Below are positions 37,648 to 51,040 of a stretch of 64,000 nucleotides of DNA, piece after piece. The position numbers and the translations under genes were made by a program. Each line of letters begins with the position of its first letter. Position 1 is the stretch's first letter. Source of the stretch: Yuukianura sp. NJ FZ-2021. Its lineage: Eukaryota. Under the pieces are notes generated by a model. The model saw nothing but the letters and a program-made list of their open reading frames with translations. It had not been told where the DNA came from and made no database searches. The stretch covers positions 1,798,001 through 1,862,000 of the forward strand of contig CM102290.1 of the NCBI GenBank assembly GCA_046563655.1, written 5' to 3'.

Positions 37648-40006
37648 ATGGAATCTGAGTCGTGGTTCCCAGAAGCAGTTGACCTTGCGGAGGTCAGAGG
37701 TCGCAGTGCCAAGGCATTGGCAAAGTTCCAACAAAAATTTGGCACGTTACCAGACCAGTGTATTCGTGTTCCGGGAAGGTGAGTTACGAAATTTTGATAC
37801 TTTTTAGAAAAAAAAGTTGCAAAAATTTTGTACATTGAAATTTTGCTTGCAGAGTAAATTTGATTGGTGAGCACATTGACTACTGCGGTTATGGCGTCTT
37901 TCCTATGGCCATCCAGCAAGACATTTTTCTCTGCGTTGGCAAAACGGCTTCTGCTAGTACAAATGGATCAACACTCAAGCTGGTCAACACTGCCGAACAG
38001 CACAAGGACTTTGAATGTCCATTTGATCAAATCAGGCAAGTTTTTACATTCATGTGTTTCATTTTTAAGTACTTTTTAAAATTTTGAAATCTTAGGAGCA
38101 TTTTGGACTCTCGAGAAAGTGGCGTGAGGCCTGGATGGCACCTTTACTTTCTCTGCGGTGTCCAAGGAATCATTGACCGGTTTTCGTTGCTTGGCAACAA
38201 TGGCAACGCGTTGCTTGGCAACAATGGCAACGGTAGCCAATCGCTACTGGTCTGTCTGGACGGTATCATTCCACCGTGCGCTGGACTGTCCAGCTCCAGT
38301 GCAGTTGTCTGCTCTGCAGCCCTAGCTATGTTGATAGCTCACAACGTAAAAAAAAATTCAATAAACAAGCTTTCAAAAAAATTTCCAGCAAATTCATCAA
38401 ATTTTTGATTTTTTTTTAGATTGAAATGAGTAGAGCTGATCTTGCTTCACTTTGTGCCAAAAGTGAGCGCTACATTGGTACAGAAGGGGGCGGAATGGAC
38501 CAAGCCATTGAAATGTTAGCCACGGCAGGTATTACAAAAATACATTTTTTTTTCAAAATTTGCACTTTGAGATTGAATTTTTCAAAATTTTGAACTTTGT
38601 TTAGGAACTGCTCAACTGATTGAGTTCCTTCCGTCACTTCATGGTGAAAAGGTTCAGCTTCCAAAAAAAGCCATTTTCGTCATAGCCAATTCAATTGCTG
38701 AATCAAACAAAGCAGCATCGAATTCTTTCAACACGAGAGTAGCCGAATGTCGCTTGGCAACTTGGATTTTGGCCAAAAAATTCAACATCTCCGACGACAT
38801 TTTTGGTTTTACTCAACTCAAAAATGTCCAACTCTCTCGCAATTTCACGTACGACGAAATGAAAACGTTTGTAGAAAAGACATTCCATCCAGAACCATAC
38901 TCCGCGGCAGAGGTTCAAAATTTTCAAAATTTCGAAATACAAACTTTCAAACATTTTGATGAAACATCATTTTTTTTTCAGATTGCGAAACTTCTGGAAG
39001 TAGAGGTGGATGACCTTGCGCAAAAGCCACTCATGAACCGAATTCCATTCCATTCAACGCAGTTCCAACTGTACAATAGAGCTAAGCATGTTATTGAAGG
39101 TTAGCTTCAATTTCAAAAAGTTTGAAATGAAAATTTTTAAACTTTAAATTAAATTTCCAGAGGCGGAACGTGTTCAAAAATTTAGAAAAGCCTGTTTGGA
39201 CGGAAATTTGGAAGCCATGGGAAGGCTGATGTCTGAAAGTCACTGGAGCTTGAGTAAACTGTACGACTGCTCCCATCCATTTCTGGACAAAATGGTTATG
39301 ATTTCTGAAGGAATGTCCTATGGAGCTCGACTAACAGGAGCCGGGTAATCCATAATTAATTAGCTAAGTTAGCTTAACTAATTCAGTTAACTTAACTACT
39401 AAATCCTAACAACCTAAAAGAAAAAAAAACAGTGGAGTTTTTCTACTAAGCGATCAGCGAAAAAAACGAACGTTTTTGAAGAAATCTCACATCGCCCCAA
39501 CTACATTCGAGATTGTTTGAACAATATAATCAACAAAGTTCAAAACTTTTGAAAGTAATTTAAGAAGTGACATTTTAAAAAAACTAAAAAGTCAACCACG
39601 AACGTTTTCTGCTTTTTTAAAATTCATTTTAAATATTTTAAAGTTTTTTTTTTAGTTAATTTACCTTTTTCTATTGTTCAAACAATTTCGAGTAGCGTTG
39701 GGGCGACGTGAGATTTCTGCAAAAACGTTCGTTTTTTTCGCTGATCGCTCAGTAGAAAAACTCCGCTGTTTTTTTTTTCTCTTAGGTTGCTAGGATTAGT
39801 AATTAACTTAACTTTTACACCGTTTCAGGTGGGGTGGCTGCATGGTGGCTCTGGTGGACCAATCACAACTTCCCAAGTACCTCGAGGCTCTCAAAACCCA
39901 ATTCTACTCCACTGTTCATCAAAACGTGACGTTGGACGATCGACATCTTTTCGTCACTCAGCCTGGACCAGGAGCTTCCGTCTATCTTGCAAAAACACTT
40001 GTATGA
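37648..40006 (+). CDS. GALK2: N-acetylgalactosamine kinase (GHMP kinase)
   Basis: [98 protein letters not shown]; ends ...[14 protein letters not shown]. Confidence 0.93.
39405..39794. mobile_element. Long-TIR MITE (CCTAGCAACCTAA family), copy 2
   Basis: Near-perfect TIRs of ~120 bp (ggagtttttctactaagcgatcagcgaaaaaaacgaacgttttt and its reverse complement). Lies in the last GALK2 intron. Confidence 0.9.
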
Positions 40007-40314
40007 CATATACAGATTCAAATGTTGGAAATTCAGTGCCTGGAATTACCTTGTTGAAATTTAATTTCATTATCATCGGGCAACATTTAAGTAGACAAAA
40101 ACCTGTCACGTTTAGCGATTTAAAAGTAAAGAGTAATGCTGATTTGTAAATACTTTCAAATTTCATTTCTTGGCAGAGTCAAATGGAAGCTTTTTGATGA
40201 TTGGGAGACTTTCGTTGTATTTTGGTAAAAGAAGACGACGATTTCTTGTATAATTGTTAAACGAAGCAATGTTAGGAAAGTTCCGCAAGTATTTTATACA
40301 GCGTAGTCGTAAAG

Positions 40315-43300
40315 TTATGTCCAAAGTTGAGTTGGCATTAAAGCTAGTTTCAAAAAAATAAATCAAAATCGCAATTTCGGTTTTTTCTAAAAAAAAAAAG
40401 TTTTTTAAACAAGTTTACCTTCTTTCGTCCCTGTGCTCGGGAGTAAGTTTTCTTCACATAAGAATTGCAGCGGCAAAAGCACCAAATGACCCTAGAGAAA
40501 GTTGAATCAAGATTAATTTAGTCAATTAATCATGAATTTGTTCAATTAATCATGACTTTGAACAGAAAGGAAGACGTGGCGATACCTTGACACTGGTTTT
40601 AAGTAGATTAGTTGCAGCAGATGGATCTGTAACAGCAATGGGATGCTCTCTTTGATACTCGTGAAATTGCAAAAAGTTCAAGCATTTGTCAGTTGGGACG
40701 CAATGAAAAACCTATTTCAACAAAAATAGTTCGGTTCAAAAAATGTGCCGACTTTTCAGGATTTTGTCAGAAGTAAGTCTTAATTGTGCCATACCAAGTC
40801 ATAAGTGTCAGTATTTGTAGTTGCCGTTTGGATCCAAACATTTCGGTAAAATTCTTCAGCGACAATGTCATCTAGTCCCACCGTCGTGTCCTCTTCGGCT
40901 ATACCCAAATGCTCTCTAAACAAATTCTTTCGAATTGATTGCACAAACCGTCCAGCTTGGAACTTCTCTCCGTCCATTGTCGAGTCAACAAATTCTTCAT
41001 CCTGCAACGACACAAAGTTTAACCTCCCGAACACAAAAAAAGTTTTAAAAAAATGTCTTACTTGAATGACCACGCACACTTCAGAGTCTCGATGCCCCGT
41101 CAAACTGCGGTCATTAATATTGGCTGACCCGCAAATCAGAGTACAGTCGTCAATGATTAGCAATTTCGAATGAACATAAATGAGTTCAGTGACCTGTAAA
41201 TTATTTTAAAAAAAATTCAGATTTTTTTTTCAAAACGTAGGACATCGTAGGTGAAACACTCATTGAGGCTATTGGCGACAGTTTCTATTTTGATAGTCTC
41301 ATGTATGGTTAGAGCCGGATAGCTCAATGGTTAGAGCTCATCCCGGATGGAAGAGATGTGGGTTCAAATCGCACTCGGTTGTTAAATTTTTTTCACACTC
41401 TCATTCTTTGTCTCTCAAGCCATATCATTAATACAATTGGCTTTTTCAAATGCCTGTAGTACTTACTGGATCTCCCTGAAGCTCCGAGTACGTACGGAGT
41501 CCATGGAAAGTAACATACTGCGACGGGTCTTCAATTCCGGCTGCTTGGAGCCTCGTCATTAGCGAATCTGGCCCACTAAAATTTTAATGTTAGTTAGATG
41601 TTTGAATTTTGAACATTAATGTTTAACCTAACCAATATTTACAGTTACAAAACATTACCGGCAAATGGATGAGTAGTTCCAATGTGTAATTGCATGGATA
41701 GCAATTCCACGACTCGTGCCAACTTCTCCTTCGAACCCAGGCAGAAGCGGTATAATCACAAAAACACGAAACACTTTCTTTTCACTAAAATATTTTTTTT
41801 CAAAAAAAGTTTTTGAGAATTTGAAAAAGTCACTATTTAAAAACTATTTTTAGAGTTGTGAAAAGTACCGATGGGCGCGAAGAATTCTCTGGAGCAGGGC
41901 TTCACCCACTCTGTTCCGAACTTGACTATTAGAAGCTGCCAGTGTTATGAAAAACTGATTTTCAAAATATATGTAGTGCTTTGACTCTTCAATTAGTTCA
42001 ATATAAGCTTGCTGGATACTGTAAATCAAATCCAAATTCATTAGCATTTCCTAGTTTTATATAGTAGAATTTTTATTAGATGAGGATCTGCTAAGTCTGA
42101 TAAGTCCCACCAATATCTATAATTTTTTTTAAATACTTTTAAATACTTTTTGTACATACCTCTCTTCTATCATGCGAATTCCACCGCTCCACTGACACAT
42201 GCTTCTCACAACCTAAAATAGACACAAGCAAAACGAAAATGAGCAAAACCTTATGGATTTTTAACATTTTGAATTTTTAAAAACTTTGTTCAACTTCCTA
42301 CCTGACAACTAACTTTGTACTTTTCCGAATTTGGAAAGCAGGGAAACGTTGAAAAAGTGTTAATATCATATGACTTCGGTAGTAAGTAAGGGTAGGAATG
42401 ATTCAAGGGAACCTTCTCATCCTACAAAAAAAAAAAAAAAAATTAGAAAACAATTTTCAAAAAACCTGTTCAAAAAAGTTTCAAAACTGCAAGACAAAGG
42501 AAAAGGACTACCTTAACAGCGTTCCAGCGTTGAATAAAATGGCGTGCGACGTCTCTAGCTGCAGCACCTTGAACCATCATACCAATGTCATGCCAAGGCA
42601 TTCTCGGCGTTGTGGAGCGATCAACCAAATCTAAAATTTTTCAAATGAAAAACAAAAACTAAGTTTTAAAAACCTTTTTTTCACAAATTTTGGCTTAGTA
42701 CCGGTAAAAGGTGACTCAAGATCTGCAAAATCTTTGACTATAAAGTTCGTATAGTCTTTGCCCATCCACAGTTTAGCACAACCTTGGAGTTGCGGTGGAG
42801 GTGGATGATCTTCTTGTGATTCGTCAACCACAATCGAAGGTCGTTTCGCCTTCAGCCTATACAAAAACAACTGAATTTTAGTTTCTTTCCGGATTAGTGC
42901 GATTTTCGTTGAGTGTCAAGCATAGGGATGTTCACGTTCCATTTAGTTTCCAAGAAGGAAACGGAAACGAAACGGAAAGGGTGGAAACGGTGGTTTCGTT
43001 TCCGAATTTTGAGGAAACGGAAACGAAGCCGTTTCCGTTTCGTTTCTGCAAACGGAACGTGAACATCCCGAGTGATGCACATACTTGGATTCTCTGACTA
43101 CTCCTTCCTTCGTGTCATCCGTCTCTTCGTCACTATGAGCCGGTGATCCAACTCCATCTTTGGACTCTCTTCGCCAGAGATGTTTGTTGACCCAGTCCTT
43201 ACTGTCAACTTTCAAGTCCCGAGTCGCAACCCGAAGTTCTCGTGTCACTTGTGTCATTTTCCGCATAAGTTTCCTACGTGGTGGTGGCGTTTCGCCTTTC

Positions 43301-46300
43301 AGTGGAACTGGCCCATTCGCTACTTCGTCTTCTACGGGTTCTGTCACGATCTGATCTTCAAATTCTTCTTCAGACGCAGTATCGGCAAAACTCACCTTGG
43401 TTGGTTGACCTTGTTCTGCCCCCCTGTGAAACGAAACTGATTAAATCGCTGGCAGCGATTCGCTCCCATTTTGGAATCCAATTTCAGAATAAAAAAAAAT
43501 AGTTCATACTCTGTGAGTTGATTTGCATTGTCTTCTTTCTCAGTGGGTTCTTCAATCTCTGGAACTGATCGCTGCAGCGATTCAGTGCTGTACAGCGGAG
43601 AAAGGGTGACGGCAGTTGTGGCCTTTGCGAATTGGAAAATCGTCGACGGCATTTCATTCCCACACGGTTTGCTCGATGTAATCTTTCGATGGAAAACGCC
43701 CGGCATTTTCTTGGCACCAGACATGCTGCCCAAGTCTGTCAGTCTAAAAAATATAAACAAAAATCATGTCAAAGTTTACATGAAACTAAAAGTTAAGCTT
43801 AAAACTTAAACTGAAACAACAGACCTGTGTTGTCCATCGTCCCACCGACCATAGCACAGGTCAATTCCTCCCACAAAGGCATAACTTTGGTCAACAATCA
43901 CCAGTTTCTCGTGATGAGCCCACAGAAAAACACCCGCACTCACGTGGTCCGGATGACGCAAAACCTTGATGTTCTCTGGATGCTGCTCTACAAGTTTCTG
44001 CTTACTATAAAAACTGTTGATTCCAAGGGCTAAGTTGACCTCTTTGTACAGCAGCACGAAAATTTTTACACCTTCATGCTACAAAAATTAAAACCAAAAC
44101 TAAAATTCAAACCAAAACACCACAAAAAATAGAAACTTTACACCAATTTGACCCACTTACGGCTTTTCTCTGGAGAATTTTATCCAGCCGCCATCGATCT
44201 CCCTCCACTATAGGCCGTTTCATGTAAATCTCTGGACTCAGCCACCAATCCGAAATGTAAATTTCCTCATTTGCTGCCTGCAGAACATCGGCAATTGCCG
44301 ACATGTAACTAGCTCCGTCCACAAACCACTCTGCATCTATTCCTTTTCTAACAGGGGCATAGGACGTGAACCGATTTGGACCAATAAATGCTTTCGCCAC
44401 TGAAAAAAAAACATTGTTTAGCCACAAACTTACGCCCTGAAGGAACACACAGAAGTAAAACGTTCAGATTAATTTTAAATTACCTTCAGAATTCGTAACT
44501 TGTCGACAGTAGTCCAACCATTCTTTGGCCTTCCGCTTTGTCCAGCATTTTATTAGCAGTTCCCTAAAAAACGATTTACAAAATTTCATATTGTACTGTA
44601 TATCAGTAACCAAAACGTTTCAAAGTTCTGTGAATTACCTGGAAAGATTGGCAACAACTATTCCATTGTTAGCACTGCCGGAATCATAGCGTCCAGACGA
44701 AGCTTCAAACTCATAGTCCACAAGCATTACACAGTGCAGTCTGCCATCTTTCGGCCGAACGTAGGCCACGAACGATTCCTTTCCTACTAACCACCTTCAA
44801 ATCAAAAAGAAAAAAACGTCAAGATGACGTTTAGGTAAAAAATTGTACTAAAAATTTCGTTACCTCCGCTGCCAGTGAGCACAACAATCTCCACAACATC
44901 GCTGAATTCTGCGAACGAAATAAATTCAAAACAGAATTAATCGCGATATTAATTAACTTCAGTAAAAAATCATTTAAAGGCAGCCTGATCACCTCGAGCA
45001 GGAATTTCCAAGGCACGCACAGAGTCTGAAGTTACAACGTTGCTTTGTTCCTGTTCGTTTTTGAATCATTCCTTCTTTTCCCTTTGGTCCCAAGCCATTA
45101 ACAAATGAAAGGTGACTCACATCCAAAAATTCCATCTAAGGTCAAAGGTCACAAGTCATGAATCAATAATGAAAGCCATTAATTGTATAACATACCGTAG
45201 CATGATGATTTCGATACGCTCGAATTCGGAGCAAATCTTGTAAATACTGTTCCAGCACTTTTCTCCTGTCGTCCAATTGATCCGAACTCACAAGGGCTTC
45301 TGGTCGTTTCGGAAATCTGTAAAAACCGGTAAAATACCAAAAATTTTAGTAAAACTAAAATTTTAAAAATTTCATTTTTTTGTTACCTTGGAAGACCTCG
45401 TGTGGTTTTAGTACCGCTCTCGTCTTTCGTCATCTGCATCATGCTCGACTTGTAGTTGGATCTTCGTTCTCTATGGGTTCTAGTGGGCATGGGAACGATC
45501 ATTGTCATTCGGTAGAGTTGTAGCTGCTGATGAAGGTTCTGGAAGTGTTTGTAGCGGCGCTTAATGGTCCAAGTGTAGGAGCCATGTTGAAGTTGGATCA
45601 AGTAGAGATTTGGATTCAGAAGATGAGCAGACATGGAGCCTCTCTCGACGGATAAGATTTTGGCAAATACTGGACGGCCTGGGATGAAGCATTGACGATG
45701 AGACGTTTTGAAACTGCAGGGTGGAGCATGGACCGCACGATATGGAACTACAAGTCCCTCTAAATTAAATCACAATTCAATTAGTTTTATAGAAGTCAAT
45801 ACCAACAAAAGCGTTAACTTTTAGTAGCGACCAAGGACAAAACATAAATGATACCCACAACATGCTAAAAAGTGTATACTTTTCACTGTTAAAACCGTCA
45901 ACCAAAAAGTGTTTGTCAGTGACGTTACCCTGCTAAAGTAATGTTGCTGTTTGTGTTTTAAAAATTTTTTGGAAATCATGCGGATTAAACAAGTTTAGTG
46001 ATCCAACTGAAAATGTGTTAAATCATAAAGAAATCCCGTACTAAATAAAACTTTGGGTTAAAACTTAGGTTAAAACTTTAGGTTAAAACTGAACTTTGAG
46101 TTAGAATGAATCCGTTTCGGATGTTGAATTCTGCGAGAGTTAAAACTGATGAACACTCCAGAACTAACCTTTGACAACTTTTCGCCATCGTGCTTTGACT
46201 GTGGCGGGGTAAAGATGATTGGTGGGAAGCCAAAGATGGTGGACGGATGAAGATGGTGAGATGTACAGAAGGTAAATAAAAATAAAACCCAATTAACTTT

Positions 46301-47083
46301 TCCAAATCTAATTCAATTAACTTCGTTTTTGGAACTTTGAATTTTAAAGATCCAAAATACGCTTCTCAAAGCATCGGTAGTAAGCAGAAGGAAGTTGTTA
46401 AGCCGAACTACCGTACCGAAGAGCAATCCTAAGTTTAAGTGCAGTGGGGTTTCCTTAATCCATTTTTGATTAATCGAACTACAAGTTAATTAGCGAAATG
46501 GAAACGTTTAGATTCGAAAGTTGGTCCCGTAACCGGAAAATAAACATTAGAAACTACAGGAAAGGCGTAGCAGGTAATTAGCGGAAAAAAATAAGCGCGT
46601 ATTCAGCAAGTTGGCAACAGTGGAACTCAACTTTCTCGGGGCGTAGGTAAGGTTTTTCCAAAGGATTTTTGCGATTGGTTCAGTGTTGTCAACTTGTGGA
46701 ATTTGCGCTAATTGTTTTCGGGCTAATGACCTCGAACCCAGGAAAGGTTGACCATAAATTGTTAGCTAAATATTGACAGTTGATATTATGTTTGGGATTA
46801 ACGTATCATCCTCAGCAAGATAATCAGGAGGATAACTGAAAAAGAGATCCAGAACCGCAGGAGTGTGATTCACAAGACCATCACCAGCTAAAATGACTAG
46901 AGTTCATTATTAAGTAGGTTACGTTTAACTTAGTTAATCACTGATTTGAAAACGTGACTTACTGAATGAGTCACCACCAGTATGGCTATGACCACAGTCA
47001 TCTTCGTCCGGGACTTCCAAATCCTCGTATTCCGATTCATACTCGTGACCTTCACCGTTGGGCGGGTTGTCTGCAGGTACCAT
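40315..47083 (-). CDS. Pld: Phospholipase D1/2 (PX-PH-HKD-HKD)
   Basis: [55 protein letters not shown]1: [30 protein letters not shown]2: [22 protein letters not shown]-terminus LMPTQLWT*. The start ATG at 47083 (MVPADNPP) is inferred. Confidence 0.95.
41313..41393 (+). pseudogene. tRNA-derived element (tRNA pseudogene or SINE head), antisense within a PLD intron
   Basis: AGCCGGA TA GCTC AATGGTTA GAGC ... GTGGG TTCAAAT CGCAC TCGGTT. It has an A-box, a B-box-like motif and D/T arms. The anticodon arm is degenerate (5-nt loop). A T-run follows. Confidence 0.7.
42923..43071. mobile_element. hAT-like MITE with GAAACG subterminal repeats
   Basis: TIR tagggatgttcacgttcc / ggaacgtgaacatcccga. TSD gtcaagca/gtgatgca (6/8). 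Lies in a PLD intron. Confidence 0.88.
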
Positions 47084-48933
47084 GTTGCCTAATGTCACAA
47101 CCTTCGGTGGAACGACACCACTCTTGTCGCCGTCAAGAACTATTCGGTTAATTGGCCAACAGAAGAACAGCCGTCATCATGAGAATCACTCAATTGTGGA
47201 GATGCCAATCTAAAGTCAAAGAATACAACGAAATGATTAACTGGATTGATTACTTGAGTTAAGAAATAATGTAAAATTGGTAAACTGAATAACCGTGTTC
47301 CTCCGTTGCCGTTTTTAATATTAAACCGGTTTTGAGCATGAACAAGTCTTTCTACCTCGTCCGAGATCGATACCTTGTGTAATTGCGTGTTCATTCATTC
47401 TACGATTACTTTGCTAAGTGCTGAGGAGGATATGACAACTGATTATCTCCGTATCGATATCGATAACAAACGTGATTCCCAGTTAGACTTTGGGGTGATT
47501 TGGCGAATCAGCCTCAGAAAGTTACAACCTTAACATAACATGGTGAGCACAAGGTTACTAGACTAAGTTATCAAACAGGGTCAAAGGGCACGGCGACGAC
47601 GATTGACGCCCATGGACAACTAAAATAAGAAACCAAACACCGCAAAATATTCAACAAGTCTCAGTCAGTACACAAAGTGAAACCGGAAATAGCCTATAAA
47701 ATTCCGTTTCACACGAATTAACGTCAAGACAGGCCCCACTCTGTTGCTTAGAAACAAACTTTAGTAAGAAACTAAGGAACTTCAATTCACTATAAAATGG
47801 TGTTAGACGGTTTGCCAATTAAATACTACGAACAATATTTCTTGTGATTGCGATACCGAAAAAACCACATTGCAAATAAGTTAACCACAAGTTATTTTCC
47901 CATAGTCTCTCAAAAGTAGTGTTCTGTATTTAGTATCCTGCAGTAACTGATAAAACGATAACCACATTATATGAAGATGATCGTCTGTGATGTGGTTTTA
48001 GATTCATCCAAAAACTCAAGGTCACGAGGTCAAAAATACCCTAAACTTTAAGATTGATTACCCACACAACACAACTACTTAATGAATGAATGACATTGAC
48101 CTACTTACCAAATGTTATGTAAACAACACCCGAATTCCGTAACGTCTTCGACGGTACTTCGACAAAAATGTGACTCTCCCTGTCGTCGCTCTCCGTTTCT
48201 GTCGATTAGGTAAACAAAAATCAGGAATCAAGATGACTAATTCGCCATTTTTATTTCTCTCCACTGTAGTGAAGATGTTGCTAAATATTAAATATGTATA
48301 AGAATTGTTTACCCTTGCGAATATGGTGATTAACCCGTTTGGCTGGAGGGCATGAGGTTATTTTGGTTTATGATGATGATTGGAACTTGCCCACTGTAGT
48401 TTTTCGCACTAGTCTAGAACTGCCTAATCACCTAAAACTCTAACCTAAAGATATTGGTGTACTTTTTAGTACTATAGGAACAGTTATTATATTACTTTGC
48501 CAAAAAAAAAAACAGAGATTGCAAAAAAAGAGGAAAGGGAGAGATCAGATAAACATAATGTAAATGGACAGCAGCGTCCCCTCATAGTAAACTACCCGCT
48601 GGGATATGCCTCGACGATTGTTTTACATGAGCGAAAAGTGAAAACCTAATAATAGAACCCATTTCAGTAAACACTTTTCAATTGGCCATTTTTTTGCCAA
48701 AAAATGTGAATTTTTGGAATATTTTACTCAAGTAAGGAACGTTTTGTTACTTGGGGTCTCATATGAGAGGACCATCTTTCCCTGTAAACACGTCAGCATA
48801 AAAAAGTTACGATTCGGATATGAGTGCGTACGAAAACTCAGGACGACAAAATGTGGCGTCTATTTTTTAAAACCTCAAATTATAAAATTCAAAATTTTGA
48901 AATCTGGAACTCCTGGAGCATAAATAAATTTAT

Positions 48934-49880
48934 TTAAAGAAAACAACAACCGGTAAAGACAACGTTGTCACCGACACTATAGTCTTCAATTACTTGAGCT
49001 GAGCAGTGATACCTAGAACTGGACCCAGTGAAAATGACAATTTTAGTAAAGTAGTAGTTTTAAGTGTTAGACCAATACAGTATCCAGGAACAATGTTAAC
49101 CCAGCGTCAGACAGCCAACTTGGTCAGCGTCCGGTGCCTTACGGTGCATCATCAGCCTCCTTGTATACTCCAGAATCATGAGTAGCCACCGCCGACTTCC
49201 TTGGCTGCACAGGATTCAACGAGATCTCAGTCGACGATCCTGGATGAACTCCAAGAATATGCTTGGATCTGGTACTGAGGTTACGAAAAGACGCGGAGCA
49301 GAATCCGCATTTGAACACATCAGGAGTCCTGTGGGCAATCTCGTGTTGCCTTAGTATGCCTAGCTGGACAGAAACGAAGTTACATTCCGAGCAGGCAAAT
49401 GGGCGGTGGTCAGAATGGAACATAAGGACATGATGGACTATGTCCCTTTGTGTCCTTTTCTTCACCGAACATTCATTCAACGGACAAGAGAGGCCCACAG
49501 ACACGGGTTCATCTGCTGGATCTTGCTTTTTGTCACTTTGTGGTTCCACTGGTCTGCTTGAAGTGCTTGCTACTGGAACTGGATCCGGTTTGTCTATGGG
49601 CCAATCACATTACTTAGTTAATCACTAACTCCAATCGCCGATCGCTCTTTGACTGATTTTGGTATTCATACTTACCTGATGATGCTGGGACGGTTGGAAC
49701 TATTTTGAAGTGCGCCCTCTGTAGCTCTTCTTGAGTATGGGACCTCTTATGATGTAGAAAATCCTGCAGGTCCCCATATACTTCCTTACAGATTTTACAC
49801 CTGAACATGAATTCTTGTGTTTCAAGTGCTCTGCGAAGTCTCACTTGAGAGTCTTCTACTGGATCTTCTTGATTCTCCAT
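48934..49880 (-). CDS. C2H2 zinc-finger protein (4 fingers)
   Basis: Exons at approximately 49880-49677, 49593-49143 and 49018-48934. Fingers: FRCKICKEVYGDLQDFLHHKRSH, CPLNEC..HHVLMFH, FACSECNFVSVQLGILRQHEIAH, FKCGFCSASFRNLSTRSKHILGVH. The 5' end is uncertain because there is an upstream acceptor at ~49922. Confidence 0.75.
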
Positions 49881-50593
49881 TGGATGGTTTTTCAACTGGA
49901 TTTCAGAATAAAGACTGAGACCTGCTAAAAAAACCAAATCAATTTTCCATCCTAAGTAACTATAAATTAAGAAACCCGGTCGAAAGAACATAACTGCATA
50001 GTGTAATGCCGACCAAGTTCACCTTTGCCAGTCTCAGAGACATTTGAAAGCCATGGATAAACAACGTGACCTTACCAGTATCCTTGACTTAGATAGGATC
50101 GTCGCTTGGTGTTCCCGATCTTATTTGCTAGGTTGAGCAACAATGTAGGAAGAATCCCGACAGACGTTGGGCCGTTCCTGGATGTCACTTAATTTGGTGT
50201 TACAAAGAAGCAAAAGGAAACAGCGATCATGCCGTCAGTGTAGACTTTAGTAGATAACTTTCGAAGTGACCTCAAAATAGGCCGGTGATGAAACTCTTCT
50301 CCTCCTTGACATCCAATTCTTCTAGTACAAGAATAAAGACTTGACTTAATTGAGATGTTTATGCAGGAATTTAGATATGGCACGATGCAGGACGGACCAG
50401 GACCACGCTGTTCCAGGTCAAGTCTTAACAGTGGCAGGGGGAAGTGTCCAACATTCTTAAATGCTTATGCTTTACTATACAAAGTATATGCTGGTAAATT
50501 CCACTCTAATAATCACACGGTAAGAAAAACGCGCCAAACTCAACTTGTATTGTCCATGAGATTTCAAATGTTCCACCGTGGGAACAGAGAAGT

Positions 50594-51040
50594 AGGTTGA
50601 ATTAACTTGGGCTCCCCGCCTGTACCCACTTATTCATTATTTTCACGCTGCTCTAATTTTACCACCACCCGTTGTACCAAAATCCAAAACCATACGTACA
50701 TCTAGCGGCAGCCAAGTAATCTCTGAATTTAAGTTGACAACCTTGTTTACTGTTTAATTCAGTTAATGTACTTTCAGTTTCCCGCGCCGAAGGCGCAGTG
50801 TTAGATTACCTAAAAATTTCGGCACGACATAAGTAAGTTTGCCAGCTTGACTTCAATTCGAAGGTTGCCTATTGGCCGCTAGGTGGACCTGTAAATTTGG
50901 ATTGTGGTGGGTACAAGTGTACCTATCCGATGGCTACAATAATTAATTCAACCTTCTAATTAATTCAAAACTTCGCGCTGCTCTAATTATTACAGCAGCG
51001 CGACGATGTGAATTGCTGGATACAGGCAGAGAGTCCAAGT
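50594..51040. repeat. Nested inverted-repeat (foldback) element upstream of the zinc-finger gene
   Basis: aggttgaattaa (50594) pairs with ttaattcaacct (~50943). cttgggctccccgcctgtacc (50606) pairs with ggatacaggcagagagtccaag (~51018). ctagcggc (50702) pairs with gccgctag (~50875). A hairpin cgcgctgct..agcagcgcg lies at ~50974-51002. Confidence 0.55.

Noticed and set aside
40004..40063. Stop-codon readthrough at GALK2 (TGA-C context)
   Set aside because: The extension is only ~18 codons, with no targeting signal or structure; the context alone is insufficient.
41313..41380. Functional tRNA gene
   Set aside because: The anticodon arm is defective, and there are mismatches in the T and acceptor stems.
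46800..46888. Possible extra PLD exon ([10 protein letters not shown]...)
   Set aside because: The acceptor phase fits, but I found no donor in the phase needed for the next exon; unresolved.
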